The notes: generated by a model not told the origin, from the letters alone. DNA of 64,000 bases from Octopus bimaculoides (GCF_001194135.2 NC_068995.1:15086417-15150416), one strand, 5' to 3'. Counted from the first letter of the stretch, positions 48,386-63,042 are shown. Made by a program: numbers and translations.

Positions 48386-50762
48386 CTTTAAAACGAAACA
48401 TCAAACCTAGGTGATCTTTCGTTACAATACCTCGAAACGTCAAGGGTTTGTTGACCTGTCATAATATTTATTGTTTGAGATCGATAAATAAACTAGTGAA
48501 GCAAAAATACAGTGAACATTGTTAAGATTGCGTGTAAACAAAACGTACATCGCACATTGATATTCTGCCGAAGTTAATTTATATTGTCAGCCCCGATTGA
48601 TAAAGGTGTTCCAGCCACGGCCATTTCCAAATAGTTCAGTTCAAACTACGTTTTCAGATACGACTTTCTCCATTACACACTGTTTAAGGTGCTCGGATAT
48701 GATTTGAGAAAGGTTTGGTTACTGTTTCTAGCATGTCGATCGAACACGTCGAAGCTATCCCATTGGCTCGTTCATAAGTCTGTTGCATAAACATGTATGT
48801 GTCATTTGCATTTTTTTGTTTATACCCAGACAATGTTGCTGTGCCGTGACACCCACCACAACTCTTTTCTTGATATGAATGTCTTAAATATATATCGAAT
48901 TCCTCCACCAACGTGTTCGCAGTATCAGGTTTCCAGTCGCCAAGTGGCAATGTTGCATTGTGTCGTTCATTATTTTCTTGAGTACATTAATTAGAGCAGC
49001 CTTTTTCAAGNNNNNNNNNNNNNNNNNNNNNNNNNNNNNNNNTAAGCATGCCATTCAGAAAGTGTCCGGACCGCATGTTGCCTATAACTTAATTAGAGTC
49101 TCATATGAAATATGGTCCAAACCAGGAAATAAGTTGAATCGTATAATAGACTCGCATCGCTGACTTATTGATAAATATTTAAGCAACAACGCCGTGATTT
49201 ATTTTGTCCTCTTTTTTTTTTTTTCCTCCTGCAAGTCGAAACAAAAAATTATGATTTTCTTGTGTTTTCCCAAATAAATCTCTCTCAGAATCGACCGATC
49301 TGACAAAGTGCTTTAAACAAATTTAATATAATCAAAATCAAGTTAACCCCATTAGTTTATAGTGTCAGCAAAACAAGACAAGATTGATATAAATACGAAA
49401 TGTTAGTTTCGGTTCTAAATACTATTCACATATTATTAACTTTTCAAGAAACATAATTATTGTAGATTCATCTTTTTTTTTACGTCGTTTTCCATCGTTC
49501 ATATCATGTTTTTTCTGATTATTTAATTGTAATTAATTCTATTACGAAAATTAAACTTCACACATTAATGGGTTAATTCAACGATTCGTCCAAACCATTG
49601 CATATTTCTCAAACGCATTATCACATAAATTTTTTTTTTCCATTTTACTTGAAATGCCCTATTTTAATTTCCCTTTATAATGACATAAGTCCTTGAAGAA
49701 TGTAGGTATTTTATAAATTCTGTGAGTCGATAATATTTCTAACTGACCACTAAGTTGTTGCGTATTCGTATTTCGTCCTATGTAGTATAGTTGGCTTTCA
49801 TGGTCAAAACATGTTAAAGGAATTTTTATTAATTACAACTCGCTGGACAAAATGCTTAGAGACATTTCGTTTGCCTTTACGTACCGGGTTCAAATTCCAC
49901 CAAGGTTGACTTTGCCTTTCATCTTTACGAGGTCGATAAAATAAGTACCGGTCAAGTACTGGGGTTTATGTCATCAACTTCTTCCTCCCCTTAAAAACTG
50001 CTGGTTCTGTGCTTTCTTCTTCTTCTTTTGATTAAATGAAGCTAATTGCCAAGTTGGCGTTTTGTCCCAGATTAGACCGCTAATCAAAAGCATTCCGATC
50101 TTTTATTCCGACAATATATGTAGAACTACGTTATTAGACGTCGCTTTATTAAACGGCAAAGGGGGATTTGCTTGCTGTTTCTAGCTGGTTACACGATATA
50201 TTTATTGTTGGTTGTACATTGTAACGGACCGATCTCCAACAATATGAAAACAAAGCTAGTTTTCCAAACAGACAGAGGTGCGAAAATGGGTGGAAATTGA
50301 ACATGCATTTTCATAGCATTCAATAAAAATCTGTAGTCCTGTTGTTTAACTCCAGTATTGATTATATCTTTAATCAAGAATTCCAGTAGTGACCATTGAG
50401 TCTTTTATTCTCAGTTTATCTAGAAAATTCATTCACCCTCATCATCATTGTTTTACGTGCTGGTGTGTGTTGGACTGGTCTTCTGAAGCTGTTTTTACGT
50501 GATGCCCGTCTTGTTGCCAACTATTTTGGTTGCGTCTTACATCACAGAGACAGTATAAGTATTCCAAAACCAGACTACACGCCCTGGAATAACCATGGCA
50601 CTTTTTAAAGATATCTCTGGCAGATAGAATGATCGCAGCAGGCTCACCCTCTCCTTTGACTCAAAAACAGTAATGTGGATTTGTTTCGGACTTTTGTTAA
50701 TGAATGAGAAAATTAAATGCATTAGGTCGTATTTTTTATTGAGAAAATAGAAGTCTGTAGAG

Positions 50763-51162
50763 CAGTGATTCCCAGCGTGGGGTATACGCCCCACCGGTGG
50801 GGCGTGGGATCCATTTTTTTTTTGTTTTCTAGTAGGACATGGAATTGTGGAAAAGATTTTTTCACAGCAAACATACTACACCTATACTCAACTTAGTCAA
50901 ACCAACCACTCCAGCCATGCATACTGTGTGAAGATTGTCTGCTGCAGTATAGTGCTATTCTAATACCTTAGTGTGAATATTTCTTTAAGGAAAGTACGAG
51001 AAGTTGATATTCAGTACTTAATAAAAGAATTACCGGTAGATTCCTTTGTATTAAATAATTGTGATCAAATATTAAAAATAAAGTTGTTTTTTACCCCCAT
51101 CAACCGGTGGGTCATACATTTACCTGGACAGCTATTGGGGGGAAATAAGTGGGGAAACACTG
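50763..51162. mobile_element. hAT (Charlie-like) MITE
   Basis: TIR CAGTGATTCCC / GGGAAACACTG with a perfect 8-bp TSD CTGTAGAG. Confidence 0.8.
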
Positions 51163-52597
51163 CTGTAGAGTCGATGTTATGCTTAAGGCTGCAGTTTAAA
51201 AAAAAACAAAAAAACACGAAGTTCAGATCCTACTGAGGTCGATTTTGCCTTTCAACCTTCTATGGACATTGATAAAATAAATCAGGAGGCAATGTGATTA
51301 ACTATATCTCCCAAACAAGAAGAGAAAAAATGTGAGCTTGCGCCTGTACTAGAAATAAGTACATGTGTGATTGTACACAGCAATACGTGATTGCACACAG
51401 TATTACTTCATAGTGGAGAGTGTTAACCAGAGCATACAACTGTCTTCCTAGTTTTATTTTATTTATTCAAATCAGTGCTTCTCAAATGGTGTGTTGTATA
51501 TTGTATCTAGGTGTCCTGAATTTTAAAAATATAATTTATGGTTTAAAAAAAAATCCTTACTAATACTTGAGTACCTCGAAAAACCTGTAATTCAAAATGT
51601 TGTTATACATTAGTAGATTTATTAAAAGGAGGCAAATAATGGTTTTCTATGTGTTTTTCTCTAAATTTTTAGATTAGTTTAACTTTGCATACAAAGTGCA
51701 TCAGTAATATTTAATTCTCCATGTGATGTGCAGCCTTTTCGTGCGAATGTTTGTAATACATCATCAACATTTAACGTCTGCTTTCTATGCTGGCATGAGT
51801 TGGACGACTTGACAGGAACTGGCAAGGCTAGGGGCTGCAACAGATTCCATAGTATATTTTAGCTTGGTTTCTACAGCTGGATGCCCTTCCTAATGCCAAC
51901 CACTCCACAGAGTGTATTGGGTGCTTTTTACATGGCACCAACACCCACACTAATGCTTTTTATGTGGTGCCTTGGTTTTAGGATCTCGATTCTGTAAAAT
52001 GTCTACCACAAAATTGAATTGATATTTTTTGCAAGTTAACATTAAACTCTTTAATATTCAGATTACTCAATCAAATGTAATGTTTATTTAATCACATGGT
52101 TTTCAATTAATCATGCATTATCTCGTAGCTTTGAGATTCTGAGGATGTGATTGCTTATTTTTCAAATGACATTGTAAGATAGGTGTGAGAGGTTGAATCT
52201 TGCTGGCTTGACCTTAAAACAGGTAGAATATCTGGGCTGGACATGGCCCAATTAAACTTGACTTATTTTAGCAAAAATTTGTTCCAAACTCAACATTCAT
52301 TAATAAAACATAGATTGGTGTATAAAATTGCTTTCCGCAGTTAAGGATAGTGAAATTTTGAGTGGATGTATCTGATTTCTGCAGTGAAAGAGTTAATTGA
52401 GGCTGACCTGGAGTCTGACAACAACAGTGACGCTATGGCTGTTTGAACATATGACTATATTCAGTTGTCTAATCCCTTAACTTTACAGTTATTGGGGAGG
52501 AGGGAAACCTTGAGAATGAATACATGAATAGGTTTGAAACTGTTTATGATTTAAAGTTTTACTGAGTAATCAATTATATGTTATGATTGTTTTTCAG

Positions 52598-52679
52598 AGT
52601 CAAACATCATCTGTGATAGATCTTGATGATATGGAAGTTATAGACAATGATGCTTCCGACTATGAGAGTGAATTCAGAG
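52598..52679 (+). CDS. YIPF3: YIPF3 coding exon 2
   Basis: SQTSSVIDLDDMEVIDNDASDYESEFR, resembling human SAVIDMENMDD; phase 0-1. Confidence 0.85.
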
Positions 52680-55061
52680 GTTGGTTTCCATGTTTGATTC
52701 TTTATCTTAAATTTTTTTTTTACATACAAAACAACCATCATCCCAGCATCCTTTGGGGTGTAATATAAGGATTAATTAGGCTTTAAAAAATTTTGTTTTT
52801 ATTTTTGTCCTACCCATCTATCATAGCAATCAAATTTCTCTCAAATCAAACTTTGCCATCTTCAAAAACTAAGCAAAACATGGTGCTGCTTGAGATACAC
52901 ACTGCTTGAAGAAAAAGAAACGACTGTGTGGTCATCACTGAAGTGCCTTTTGCCAAAGGTGACTTGATGCTAGCTAAACAACAAAACAATAACTAATTGT
53001 AGATATTCCAAGAGGATCTAGTTCCTGTTTCTAATATCAGTTGAAGGATAATGTATAGAAGCAAATGTACAGCTGAAATACACAATATAATTGCCACCTT
53101 GCATTTGAATTAAATTCTCATGAGATAGTAGCCAACTATCCTATCCATGCATCCATTTTGCATTTAGGCTGGCAAAGATATTTAACTCTTACATAACTTA
53201 GTGGTTAGGATGTTAGGACAACGATTGTAAAGTTATGGTTTCAATTCCCAGATATTGTGTCTTTCAGCAAGGCACTTTATTTCATGTTCACTTGGTCAAC
53301 TTGATGCTGGTGCAGTTCTCTCCCCTCTCTTCTGTCACATCCTGGATATCATACATGATCAAGGGTGGGAAGGTTGAGAGTGGGCATGGCTGCTTGTGAC
53401 TGCATAGGCCAGTTCTCATTGGTCAGTTTTCAGTTGGCCTCTCTCTCTCTCTATATATATATATGTGTGTGTGTGTATGTATTTATGTATGACAAGTTTC
53501 TTTCAGTTTCCATCTATCAAATCCACTTGTAAGGATTTGCCATCTATAGTAACACATTGTGGGACTGAGTCTGAAACCATGGGGTTGGGGAGCAAACTTC
53601 TTACTACACAGCCATGCTTACACCTATCCAGGGATTTTTTTTCTTTTACTGTGTCGTCTTTTCATTATTTGATGACAGTAGAGTCATCTGACTTGAATAG
53701 AAGCTCTTTGTGTGTTGGTGTAGTTTCATGGATAGAAAATTTGTAACTCTGAGCCTTCTTACAAAAGAAAGGGATTCATTCTTGTAGTAAACGATAGAGC
53801 TAAGTTTTAAACTCTAGCAGTCAACAACTCTTAAATTCTGTCATATTCGCACAGAATATATTCTTTTATTCTTTTACTTGTTTCAGTCATTTGACTGCAG
53901 CCATGCTGGAGCACCGCCTTCGGGGGTTTCAGCTGAACGAATCGTCCCCAGGACTTACTTTTAAAGCCTAGTACTTATTGTGTTAGTCTCTTTTGCTGAA
54001 GCACTAAGTTATAAGGGGCGTANNNNNNNNNNNNNNNNNNNNNNNNNNNNNNNNNNNNNNNNNNNNNNNNNNNNNNNNNNNNNNNNNNNNNNNNNNNNNN
54101 NNNNNNNNNNNNNNNNNNNNNNNNNNNNNNNNNNNNNNNNNNNNNNNNNNNNNNNNNNNNNNNNNNNNNNNNNNNNNNNNNNNNNNNNNNNNNNNNNNNN
54201 NNNNNNNNNNNNNNNNNNNNNNNNNNNNNNNNNNNNNNNNNNNNNNNNNNNNNNNNNNNNNNNNNNNNNNNNNNNNNNNNNNNNNNNNNNNNNNNNNNNN
54301 NNNNNNNNNNNNNNNNNNNNNNNNNNNNNNNNNNNNNNNNNNNNNNNNNNNNNNNNNNNNNNNNNNNNNNNNNNNNNNNNNNNNNNNNNNNNNNNNNNNN
54401 NNNNNNNNNNNNNNNNNNNNNNNNNNNNNNNNNNNNNNNNNNNNNNNNNNNNNNNNNNNNNNNNNNNNNNNNNNNNNNNNNNNNNNNNNNNNNNNNNNNN
54501 NNNNNNNNNNNNNNNNNNNNNNNNNNNNNNNNNNNNNNNNNNNNNNNNNNNNNNNNNNNNNNNNNNNNNNNNNNNNNNNNNNNNNNNNNNNNNNNNNNNN
54601 NNNNNNNNNNNNNNNNNNNNNNNNNNNNNNNNNNNNNNNNNNNNNNNNNNNNNNNNNNNNNNNNNNNNNNNNNNNNNNNNNNNNNNNNNNNNNNNNNNAT
54701 ATATATATATATATATATATATACATACATATGCACATATATATACACACACATATATGTGTATGCTATGGCCAGCTAGCAGAATCATTACCATGCTGGA
54801 CAACATGCCCAACAGTATTCCTTCCAGCTTTTTGTGTTCTGAGTTCAAATTTAGCCAAGATTGACTCTACCTACCATCCTTTCATGATCAGTAAAAAATA
54901 ATTATCAGGTAAGTAAGTACTGGCATTGATGTACTTGATTTGCTCTCCCTACACCTCAGAATTGCTGGCCTTGTGCTAAAATTAGAAAGGATATTACAGT
55001 CTGAAATAAGCTTGTTTGAAATAACTTGTTTTCTTTAAGTGGACAACTACTTTTGTTACAG

Positions 55062-55106
55062 CTTCAGACCAAAATGTCTGGTATGTGGGACCAGATGAAG
55101 AGCTTG
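55062..55106 (+). CDS. YIPF3: YIPF3 coding exon 3 (45 nt)
   Basis: Acceptor ttttgttacag, (A)SDQNVWYVGPDEEL, donor GTATGT; phase 1-1 fits both neighbours. Confidence 0.7.
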
Positions 55107-55589
55107 GTATGTAAATCTGAAAATAACAATTGCAATAGCAAACACATTTTACACCCATTATTAGCGGTCATAGTAAGGTGGTGAGCTGGCAGAATCATTA
55201 GCATGCCAGACAAAATGCTTCATTTTGTCCATGTTTACGTTCTGAGTTCAAATGCTGCCATGGTTGACTTTGCCTTTCCTCTTTTCGGGGTCAATAAAAT
55301 AACTATTGGTTGAGTACTGGGGGTCGATGTAATCAACTTAGTCCCTTCCCAGAAACTGTTGGCCCTTCGCCAAAATTTCTGACCAATATTAGTGGTCATC
55401 ATGGAAGCGCATGGCCTAGTGGTTAGGGTGTTGGACTCATGATTGTAAGATTATGGTTTTGATTCCTAGACCAGGTGATGCGTTGCTCCAGTTGGCAAAA
55501 ATGAGTAATCCTACAATGGACTGGTGTCCCGTCCAGGTGGGGAATATATATGCCATGGAAATCGGAAACTCACCGTATGAATCTATATA

Positions 55590-56736
55590 TTAAGTTGTCT
55601 AGAAAGTTCTGAGCATTTTTTAGCTAAATTTTTTCACACTTCATTGAACACAACTGAAAAACTGTGGGTGCTGCTTGAAGTGGTAGTGCATCTCTTCTTT
55701 GTTCCTGACTAAAAATAGATTTGTCTTTCATTCTTGTTACCCTTTATTGACATTTGAAATGGACAACTGAAAATTTCGTATTCGCATTTTAATGCTTTTC
55801 TTTTTTAAAAAAGGAGAAAATGCTGCTAAGACTTGCAAAAACGTTTGTGAGGTTTTTGGTGATGATGCTGTAGGTGAATCAACTGTTTGAATGTGGTTTG
55901 CAAAATTTAAAGCTGGAGAGTTTAGCTTGGAAGATGACAGTCACAGTGGAAGATCTTCAAAATTGGATGAAGATGTTTTAAAGGCAAAAATTGAAGAAAA
56001 CTCAAATATCATGACTAGAGAACTTGCAGAGGAGCTGGAAGTTTCTATAAGTATGGCTCATGAACACCTAGTGAAGCTAAGATACATTTCTTGCTATAAT
56101 GTATGGTTCCCTCACAAACTCTCAGAAAAGAATTGCTTGGACCAGTATTCCATTTGTGATATGCATAAGGATCCTCCAAAACAACTACCAAAGACGAATG
56201 TCCATGCCAAAAAAGCTATGCTTTGTGTTTGATGGGATCATAAAGGCATCATTTATTATAAGCTTCTTCCACAAAACCAGACCATTAATTCTGATGTATT
56301 CTGTCATCAGCTGGCTAATTTGAGGCTGGAGATTGCCTACAGAAAAGGGGTAGTGTTCCAACAAGATAATGCCTGAGCACATGCGTCTTTGGTTACTCAA
56401 ACAAAGTTACATGAAATTGGCTGGGATCTCTGACCTCATCCACCATATTCTCCTGATATTGCACCATCCAACTACCACTTGTTTTTGTCTCTACAGAAAC
56501 CATTGCAAGGAAAAACATTTAATGATTTAGATGGAGTCAAAATGCATCTTGATAACGTTTTTTTCATCAAAACCAGTCAAATTTTATGCTGATGGAATAT
56601 TTAAATTGCCTGATAGATGAGCAAAGGTCATTAATAATAATGAAAATTATTTCATTGAATAAAATTTTTGAAAGGGCAATTATTTATATCCCTTTTTACA
56701 TATTAAAAAACTCTGAGAACTTTCTGGACAACCTAA
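55590..56736 (+). mobile_element. Decayed mariner (Tc1/mariner) transposon with pseudogenised transposase
   Basis: TIRs TTAAGTTGTCTAGAAAGTTC / GAACTTTCTGGACAACCTAA with TA TSDs. HTH region (WFAKFKAGEFSLED..SGR) plus WFPHKL, QQDNA and HPPYSPDIAPSNYHLF motifs, with stops, frameshifts and an internal deletion. Confidence 0.93.
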
Positions 56737-59700
56737 TAACTCGGGAAGAATTTATTAATGGTCACAAATTTTTCTTTTGAGGAACTATTTATTCAGATTA
56801 TCTTTTTTTTATGGGTCGTCTATGGAATCCTTTTTCTAAGTCTTTCAGAATCTCTAATTGATTAAGTGGTATTTTGCTATTTCAACCAAAGTATGGCACT
56901 GCATGGATTTTATTGATTGATATGGAAACATATTTAGCATCTAAGGAGTTTATTCAAATGATTTTCATTATTGTTTGTGGAAGACAGCTACATAAAGGAG
57001 TGCCAAGCTCTAATTGTGGAGGGTACTTATGGAAGGAGTACTCCCAGGAATATGTGGAACAAAGTGGTGAGAAAGGATCTTCAAATGCTGGACCTCACTG
57101 AGGAAATGACAAGAGACCGGGAGATGTGGCAATTTGCTGTACTTGATAAGACNNNNNNNNNNNNNNNNNNNNNNNNNNNNNNNNNNNNNNNNNNNNNNNN
57201 NNNNNNNNNNNNNNNNNNNNNNNNNNNNNNNNNNNNNNNNNNNNNNNNNNNNNNNNNNNNNNNNNNNNNNNNNNNNNNNNNNNNNNNNNNNNTATGGAAT
57301 CTTTTTTCTGAAACAAATATGTTTAATGTTTTTGCTTCTTTCAGAAATTTCTGATTGATTAAGTGGTATTTTGCTATTTCAACCAAAGTATGGCACTGCA
57401 TGGATTTTATTGATTGATATGGAAACATATTTAGCATCTAAGGAGTTTATTCAAATGATTTTCATTATTGTTTGTGGAAGACAGCTACATAAAGGAGTGC
57501 CAAGCTCTAATTGTGGAGGGTACTTATGGAAGGAGTACTCCCAGGAATATGTGGAACAAAGTGGTGAGAAAGGATCTTCAAATGCTGGACCTCACTGAGG
57601 AAATGACAAGAGACCGGGAGATGTGGCAATTTGCTGTACTTGATAAGACATGTCAAGCTAAGTTAAATCGCTACAGGCTTGTCCTTTCAGGTGCTGGGGC
57701 CACTTAAAAAGCACCCATGCCAGTGCTGTGTAAGCATACTCATGCCAGCTTCTGGAGATGAATGGGTTTGTTGTGCTTTTACCCAGCCATACACGCATGC
57801 ACATGGCCCGGTGGTGCACAGGATGGTAACATAAAGCATCAACAGAAATTTTAATGTTCGTCTCATTTCCTCTGCCAATTTGGACAAAAAGGTTTTCATG
57901 AAATATTATACGCTACTTGTAATGCATAAGTACTGTCAATATTTTATCATTGGAAAATGGCCTAAAACAAAGATAAAACCCAGTGCAGTATACTCAAATC
58001 TGATTAATCTGCATTTTGGGGTGGAGGGGGCATAGTTGGTGTCGAAAATTGTTTTAGTCAACAACAATTTGAGGAACCTGATTAATGTTTGTTGCAAATT
58101 TGGAGGAAAGTAACTGGATACTCTTCAAGATATGGCCCTTAATGCTGCAAAAGTACTTTTAAAATGCAGTTTATCTGCCCCTGGGCCTGCATTAGGCAAA
58201 AAGTTGAAACTTTTTTGGGCCCATGACACTCCATGGACCCTATGTAATGCATGTGTAAAATTTCATTAAAATTGCTTGGGTGGATCTTGAGTTTTAACGA
58301 CATGACAAACAGACAGACACACCCTGTGATTTATATATATATAGATGTGTACCTATGTCCATACACATGTCCCTATGGCATAGATACATGTTTGTAGGTA
58401 CATTCTTTTGTTTATTTTACTGATATACAATATATTATTAATGGCATAGCATTCACATGTTATACTTCAAGCAATGACTTTTATCATTTTGTGCAGTGTT
58501 ACCAACTTCCATAACACTTGCAAAGAAATGTGTGTGTATATGTGTGTGTGTATATATATAGCATGCTATCATGGGTTGGACGATTTGACTGAGGACTGGC
58601 GAACCAGATGGCTACATCAGGCTCCAATCTGATTTGGCAGAGTTTCTACAGCTGGATGCCCTTCCTAATGCCAACCACTCCGAGAGTGTAATGGGTGCTT
58701 TTACATGCCACTGGCATGAAGGCCAGTCAGGCGATACTGGGAACGGCATATATATATATATATATACACAGGAAGGGCATCCAGCTATAGAAACTCTGCC
58801 AAATCAGACTGGAGCCTGGTGTTGCCATCCGGTTTCACCAGTCCTCAGTCAAATCGTCCAACCCATGCTAGCATGGAAAGCGGACGTTAAACGATGATGA
58901 TGATGATGATGATTCTGATCAATAAGTATCCACACTGATGCCATAGTAATGAAGTTATAGCATGCAGAGCTTCATTACCTAATCCTACCAGTTTGAGAAT
59001 TTTCAGGAATTTGGCTTGCCAAATTTAGGGAATCACATCCATGCTTCCTCGGTATCTCACACAGACTATTTTTCTCAGCAGAATTGTGGAATAAACTCTC
59101 TCCTCATTGTTTTCCTGTAGAAGATCCCACTGGGCTTTTTAAATTCAAGACTAAGAATTACCTTGCCTTCATGATTTTCTTAATTTTAATATTTTTATTA
59201 GTTCTATTTTTTTTATTACAATTTCATTTTATATTACCATTACTTCTTTTATCATTTCTGTTATTACCTTCGGACCATATTTCCACCAAATCCTTTTTTC
59301 AATTATTATTTTCATCATCATCATCATCATCATTTAACATCTGTTTTCCATGCTGGCATGGGTCAGACGGTTTGACTGAAAACTGGTAAGCTGAAGAGCT
59401 GCACCAGGTTCCAATCTGATTAGGCATGGTTTCTACAGCTGGATGCCCTTCCTAACGTCAACCACTCCAAGAGTGTAGTGGGTGCTTTTTACATGCCACT
59501 GGTGTGGGTGCCAGTTATGAAACACTGGCATCGGCCATGACTATGATCTCACTTGGCTTGACAGGTCTTCTCAAGCACAGCATATTGCCAAAAGTCTCGA
59601 TCACTTGTCACTGTCCCTGTGAAGTGCAAGTTCAAAGGGTGCCTTTTATGTGCCACTGACACAGGTGCCAGTTATGCAACACTGGTATCAGCCATGAGTA

Positions 59701-60770
59701 TGATTTCACTTGGCTTGATAGGTCTTCTCAAAGACATCTTTAAATTATCTTAAATACATATATCTATATAAGGTTTTGTAACATTAATGCCATTCTCCTA
59801 CTTTTCCCTAATCTATTGCCTAAGAACGTGCTGTTTTTGGTAAAGGACCTGTGTTCAGAATGCTGACCGCTTCTCATTCCTTGCTATATGAAATTGTTAT
59901 ATTTGGGGATGGTCATATTCTTGTGCCAAATAACCACATGTACTATAGACTTGATCTTCACTTCAGCTTTATTATCATTATTCTTATTTTAGTGTTCTTT
60001 GTCTGCAATCTTTCTTCACACATTCTGTGACCACTTCAGCAACTCTCCATCCCATGTGTCTCCACCTGGAATGGACTAAAATGAATAGGGGAAGACATGT
60101 GGAATGAAGAGTTACTGAAGTGGTTATAGGATGTGTGATGAAAGATTTCAAGACAAAGGACACTAAAATAAGATTAATGATGAAGCTGAAGTGAAGACCA
60201 AATATATAGTGAAACTGGTTAATTGGCAAAAAAAATATGACCATCCCCAAATATAACAATATCTGTTTCAACACATGATTAAACATCTTTATGAAATTAA
60301 TTATCTTGTATCTCTTACATCAAGGTCAGCTCTCCAGAATCACATATTTCACAATGATCTAATGAGAGAGTTACTGAATAAGCCTTCACATGGCAGCACA
60401 ATTTATTAGAAATAGTCGCTAAATTACATTGATATCACATTGTACCCTACTATCTTAAGAATGGAAGGATACATTAAATAATGGGGTCCTAAATATGCAG
60501 GATGGTTGTAACTGGAATGACTCTGGTACACAACATTTTCTTCTCTAACCAGTGAATTTTCCCTCTTTATCATAGTCCAAATGTTCCCCTGAAAAAGAAA
60601 ATCTTTCAAAATTAGTACAGGATGGTCATTCCTGGAATGCCTTTGATCAAGACTGCTCCATCAAGATTGACCTGGGATTAAGCAACAACAGCAATTAATA
60701 ACTATTTTCATTGTTTCGTTTGTTAAACTCTACCATTAAAATTGTTATTCTTTGATTCCATTTTCTTTAG

Positions 60771-60862
60771 ATTCTAGGAAATCGGATGGAGGAAGATATT
60801 CTAAGAACGAGGATGATAATGAAGACGTTCGTCAGAGAATGGGCCAACATGTCACTGAAATT
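60771..60862 (+). CDS. YIPF3: YIPF3 coding exon 4
   Basis: (D)SRKSDGGRYSKNEDDNEDVRQRMGQHVTEI; donor GTAAGT. Confidence 0.88.
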
Positions 60863-62288
60863 GTAAGTAACAATCTTTACTTAAGCTCTTAACATACACA
60901 TTTTTCATCAACTTCCATACAAAAAATATATTCTCTTTTGTTATTTATTTTGAATTTGTCTATAAGGAAGACTAAGTGCACAAATTATTTTGGTTCAGTT
61001 ATGGTTTATGATGAAGTTGCTGATAGAAATGATAGTTACTGATAGCTAATAATAGAAAACGGGAATAACATCAAGAATGAAGTATTTCGGGTTGGAAATA
61101 AATGACAGATACCTCAGAGTACAGTGAACATTTATTTTCATTTAAATATCTATTTACTAGACGTCTCTGAACGAAAATTTATGGGATATCTTAAGAGGTT
61201 AATTATACAAAGCCATGGAGGCGCAACGGCACAGTGGTTAGGGCAGCGGACTCGCGGTTTCGATTCCCAGACCGGGCGTTGTGAGTGTTTATTGAGCAAA
61301 AACACCTAAAGCTCCACAAGTTTCCGGCAGGGGATGGTGGCGAACCCTGCTGTATTATTATATTTTCTGCATAATTATAAAAAATAATCACTTCAAGGTC
61401 ATGTTCTCAAAAGGTGTAAAACTGATACCAAAATATACCGGCTTTTATTCTCCATTTGGAAAATATTGGTGCTGTGGAATAAGATAGTCTGCTGATTCTC
61501 TACTTCAGATTAAACGATGATGATGTTAATGAGATTGTGCAGGTTTCATGCTTAGGTATCACAACAAATACTTCCAGGTCATACTTCAGCTAGATGTAAT
61601 CATATGCGAGCTTCTTTCACTGGGTGTTATGAAGTTCTTCCACCTCCATCCAACAATTGACTGTACTAAGCTGAAGGATTTACTACATCTTAATTGCTAG
61701 AATTATAACAGCCATTGATAATTGACAAAACAAAATATATATAGGCACAGGCGGGGGCTGTGTGGTAAGAAGCTAGCTTCCCAACCACATGGTTCTGGAT
61801 TCAGTCCTGCTGTGTGGCACCTTGGGCAAGTATCTTCTACTATAGTTTCAGGCTGATCAAAACCTTATGAATGGATTTGGTAGACAGAAACTGAATGAAG
61901 CCCATTGTCTATGTGTGTGCGTCTGTGTTTGTATCTCCACTCGCTTGACAGCCAATACTGGTGTGTTTCCCTGTAACTTAGCAGTTTGGCTAAAGAGACC
62001 AATAGAATAAGTACTAGGATTACAAAGAATAAATCCTGAGGTCGATTTCTTCGACTAAAACCCTTTCAGGTGGTGCTCCAGCATGGCTGCTGTCAGATGG
62101 CTGAAACAAGTAAAAGGATTAAAGAAAGTAAATCACATTGTCTATAATGCCATTTTGGCAACTCCTTGTACAAGACATTGCCCTTCCTTTATAAAAGATT
62201 AGTGCTCTAGTCCTTCAGCAATATCTGATCTCAATGTGATATTCAGTAACATCAGCTAACACGGCTAACAGATGCCTTCTTACATTGA

Positions 62289-62405
<117 letters not shown>

Positions 62406-62728
62406 TAAGGTATAGCGCTACCATTGTTAACTGTTTTGATCTATCTCACCTAAACCTGATTTCAGAAGTCTTTCCTGTATTTTCATGTTTTAAAAATTTG
62501 CTTAAAGTAAGCTATGTGCTTAGTGCTGGCGTCATGGCCCAGTGGTTAGGGCAGTGGACTCGCAGTCATAGGATTGCGGTCAAATCATCCAACCCATGCT
62601 AGCATGGAAAGCGGACGTTAAACAATGATGATGATGATGATAGTATTTTGTTAGGTTTCTTACTGATTCTGCCATTCACCACACTTAATTTAATATGGTC
62701 AGTCTAATGGAATATGAAAAAATATTAA

Positions 62729-62939
62729 CCCTTTAGCATTCAGATTACTCTGTCAAATGTATTGCTTATTTATTCACATTGCTTTGAATTAATCATGTAT
62801 TATCTTGTAGCTTTGAGATTTTGATGATGTGATTGTTTATTTTTTAGAAAGACATTGTAGGGTAGGTGTGAGAGGCCAGATCTGACCAGTTTTAACATGA
62901 AATAGGTAGAATAGTTTGGCCGGTTTAAGTGCTAAAGGG
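62729..62939. mobile_element. piggyBac-type MITE (multi-copy family in the window)
   Basis: TTAA TSDs with TIR CCCTTTAGCA / TGCTAAAGGG; related copies near 1158-1340, 25760-25985 and 38615-38910. Confidence 0.7.
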
Positions 62940-62996
62940 TTAAACAGCTTTTCTACAGAAATATTTTAATATTCATTTATATTTATTCTTCACTAG

Positions 62997-63042
62997 GTTA
63001 ATAGAGTCTCTTATTCCTCGGAAGGCAAGTGTTCAAGTACAG
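62997..63042 (+). CDS. YIPF3: YIPF3 coding exon 6
   Basis: LIESLIPRKASVQVQ; phase 2-0. Confidence 0.93.

Noticed and set aside
53975-54864. Long ORFs made of X residues (also 21518-21972, 48960-49163 and 56971-57437)
   Set aside because: Artefacts of N gaps.
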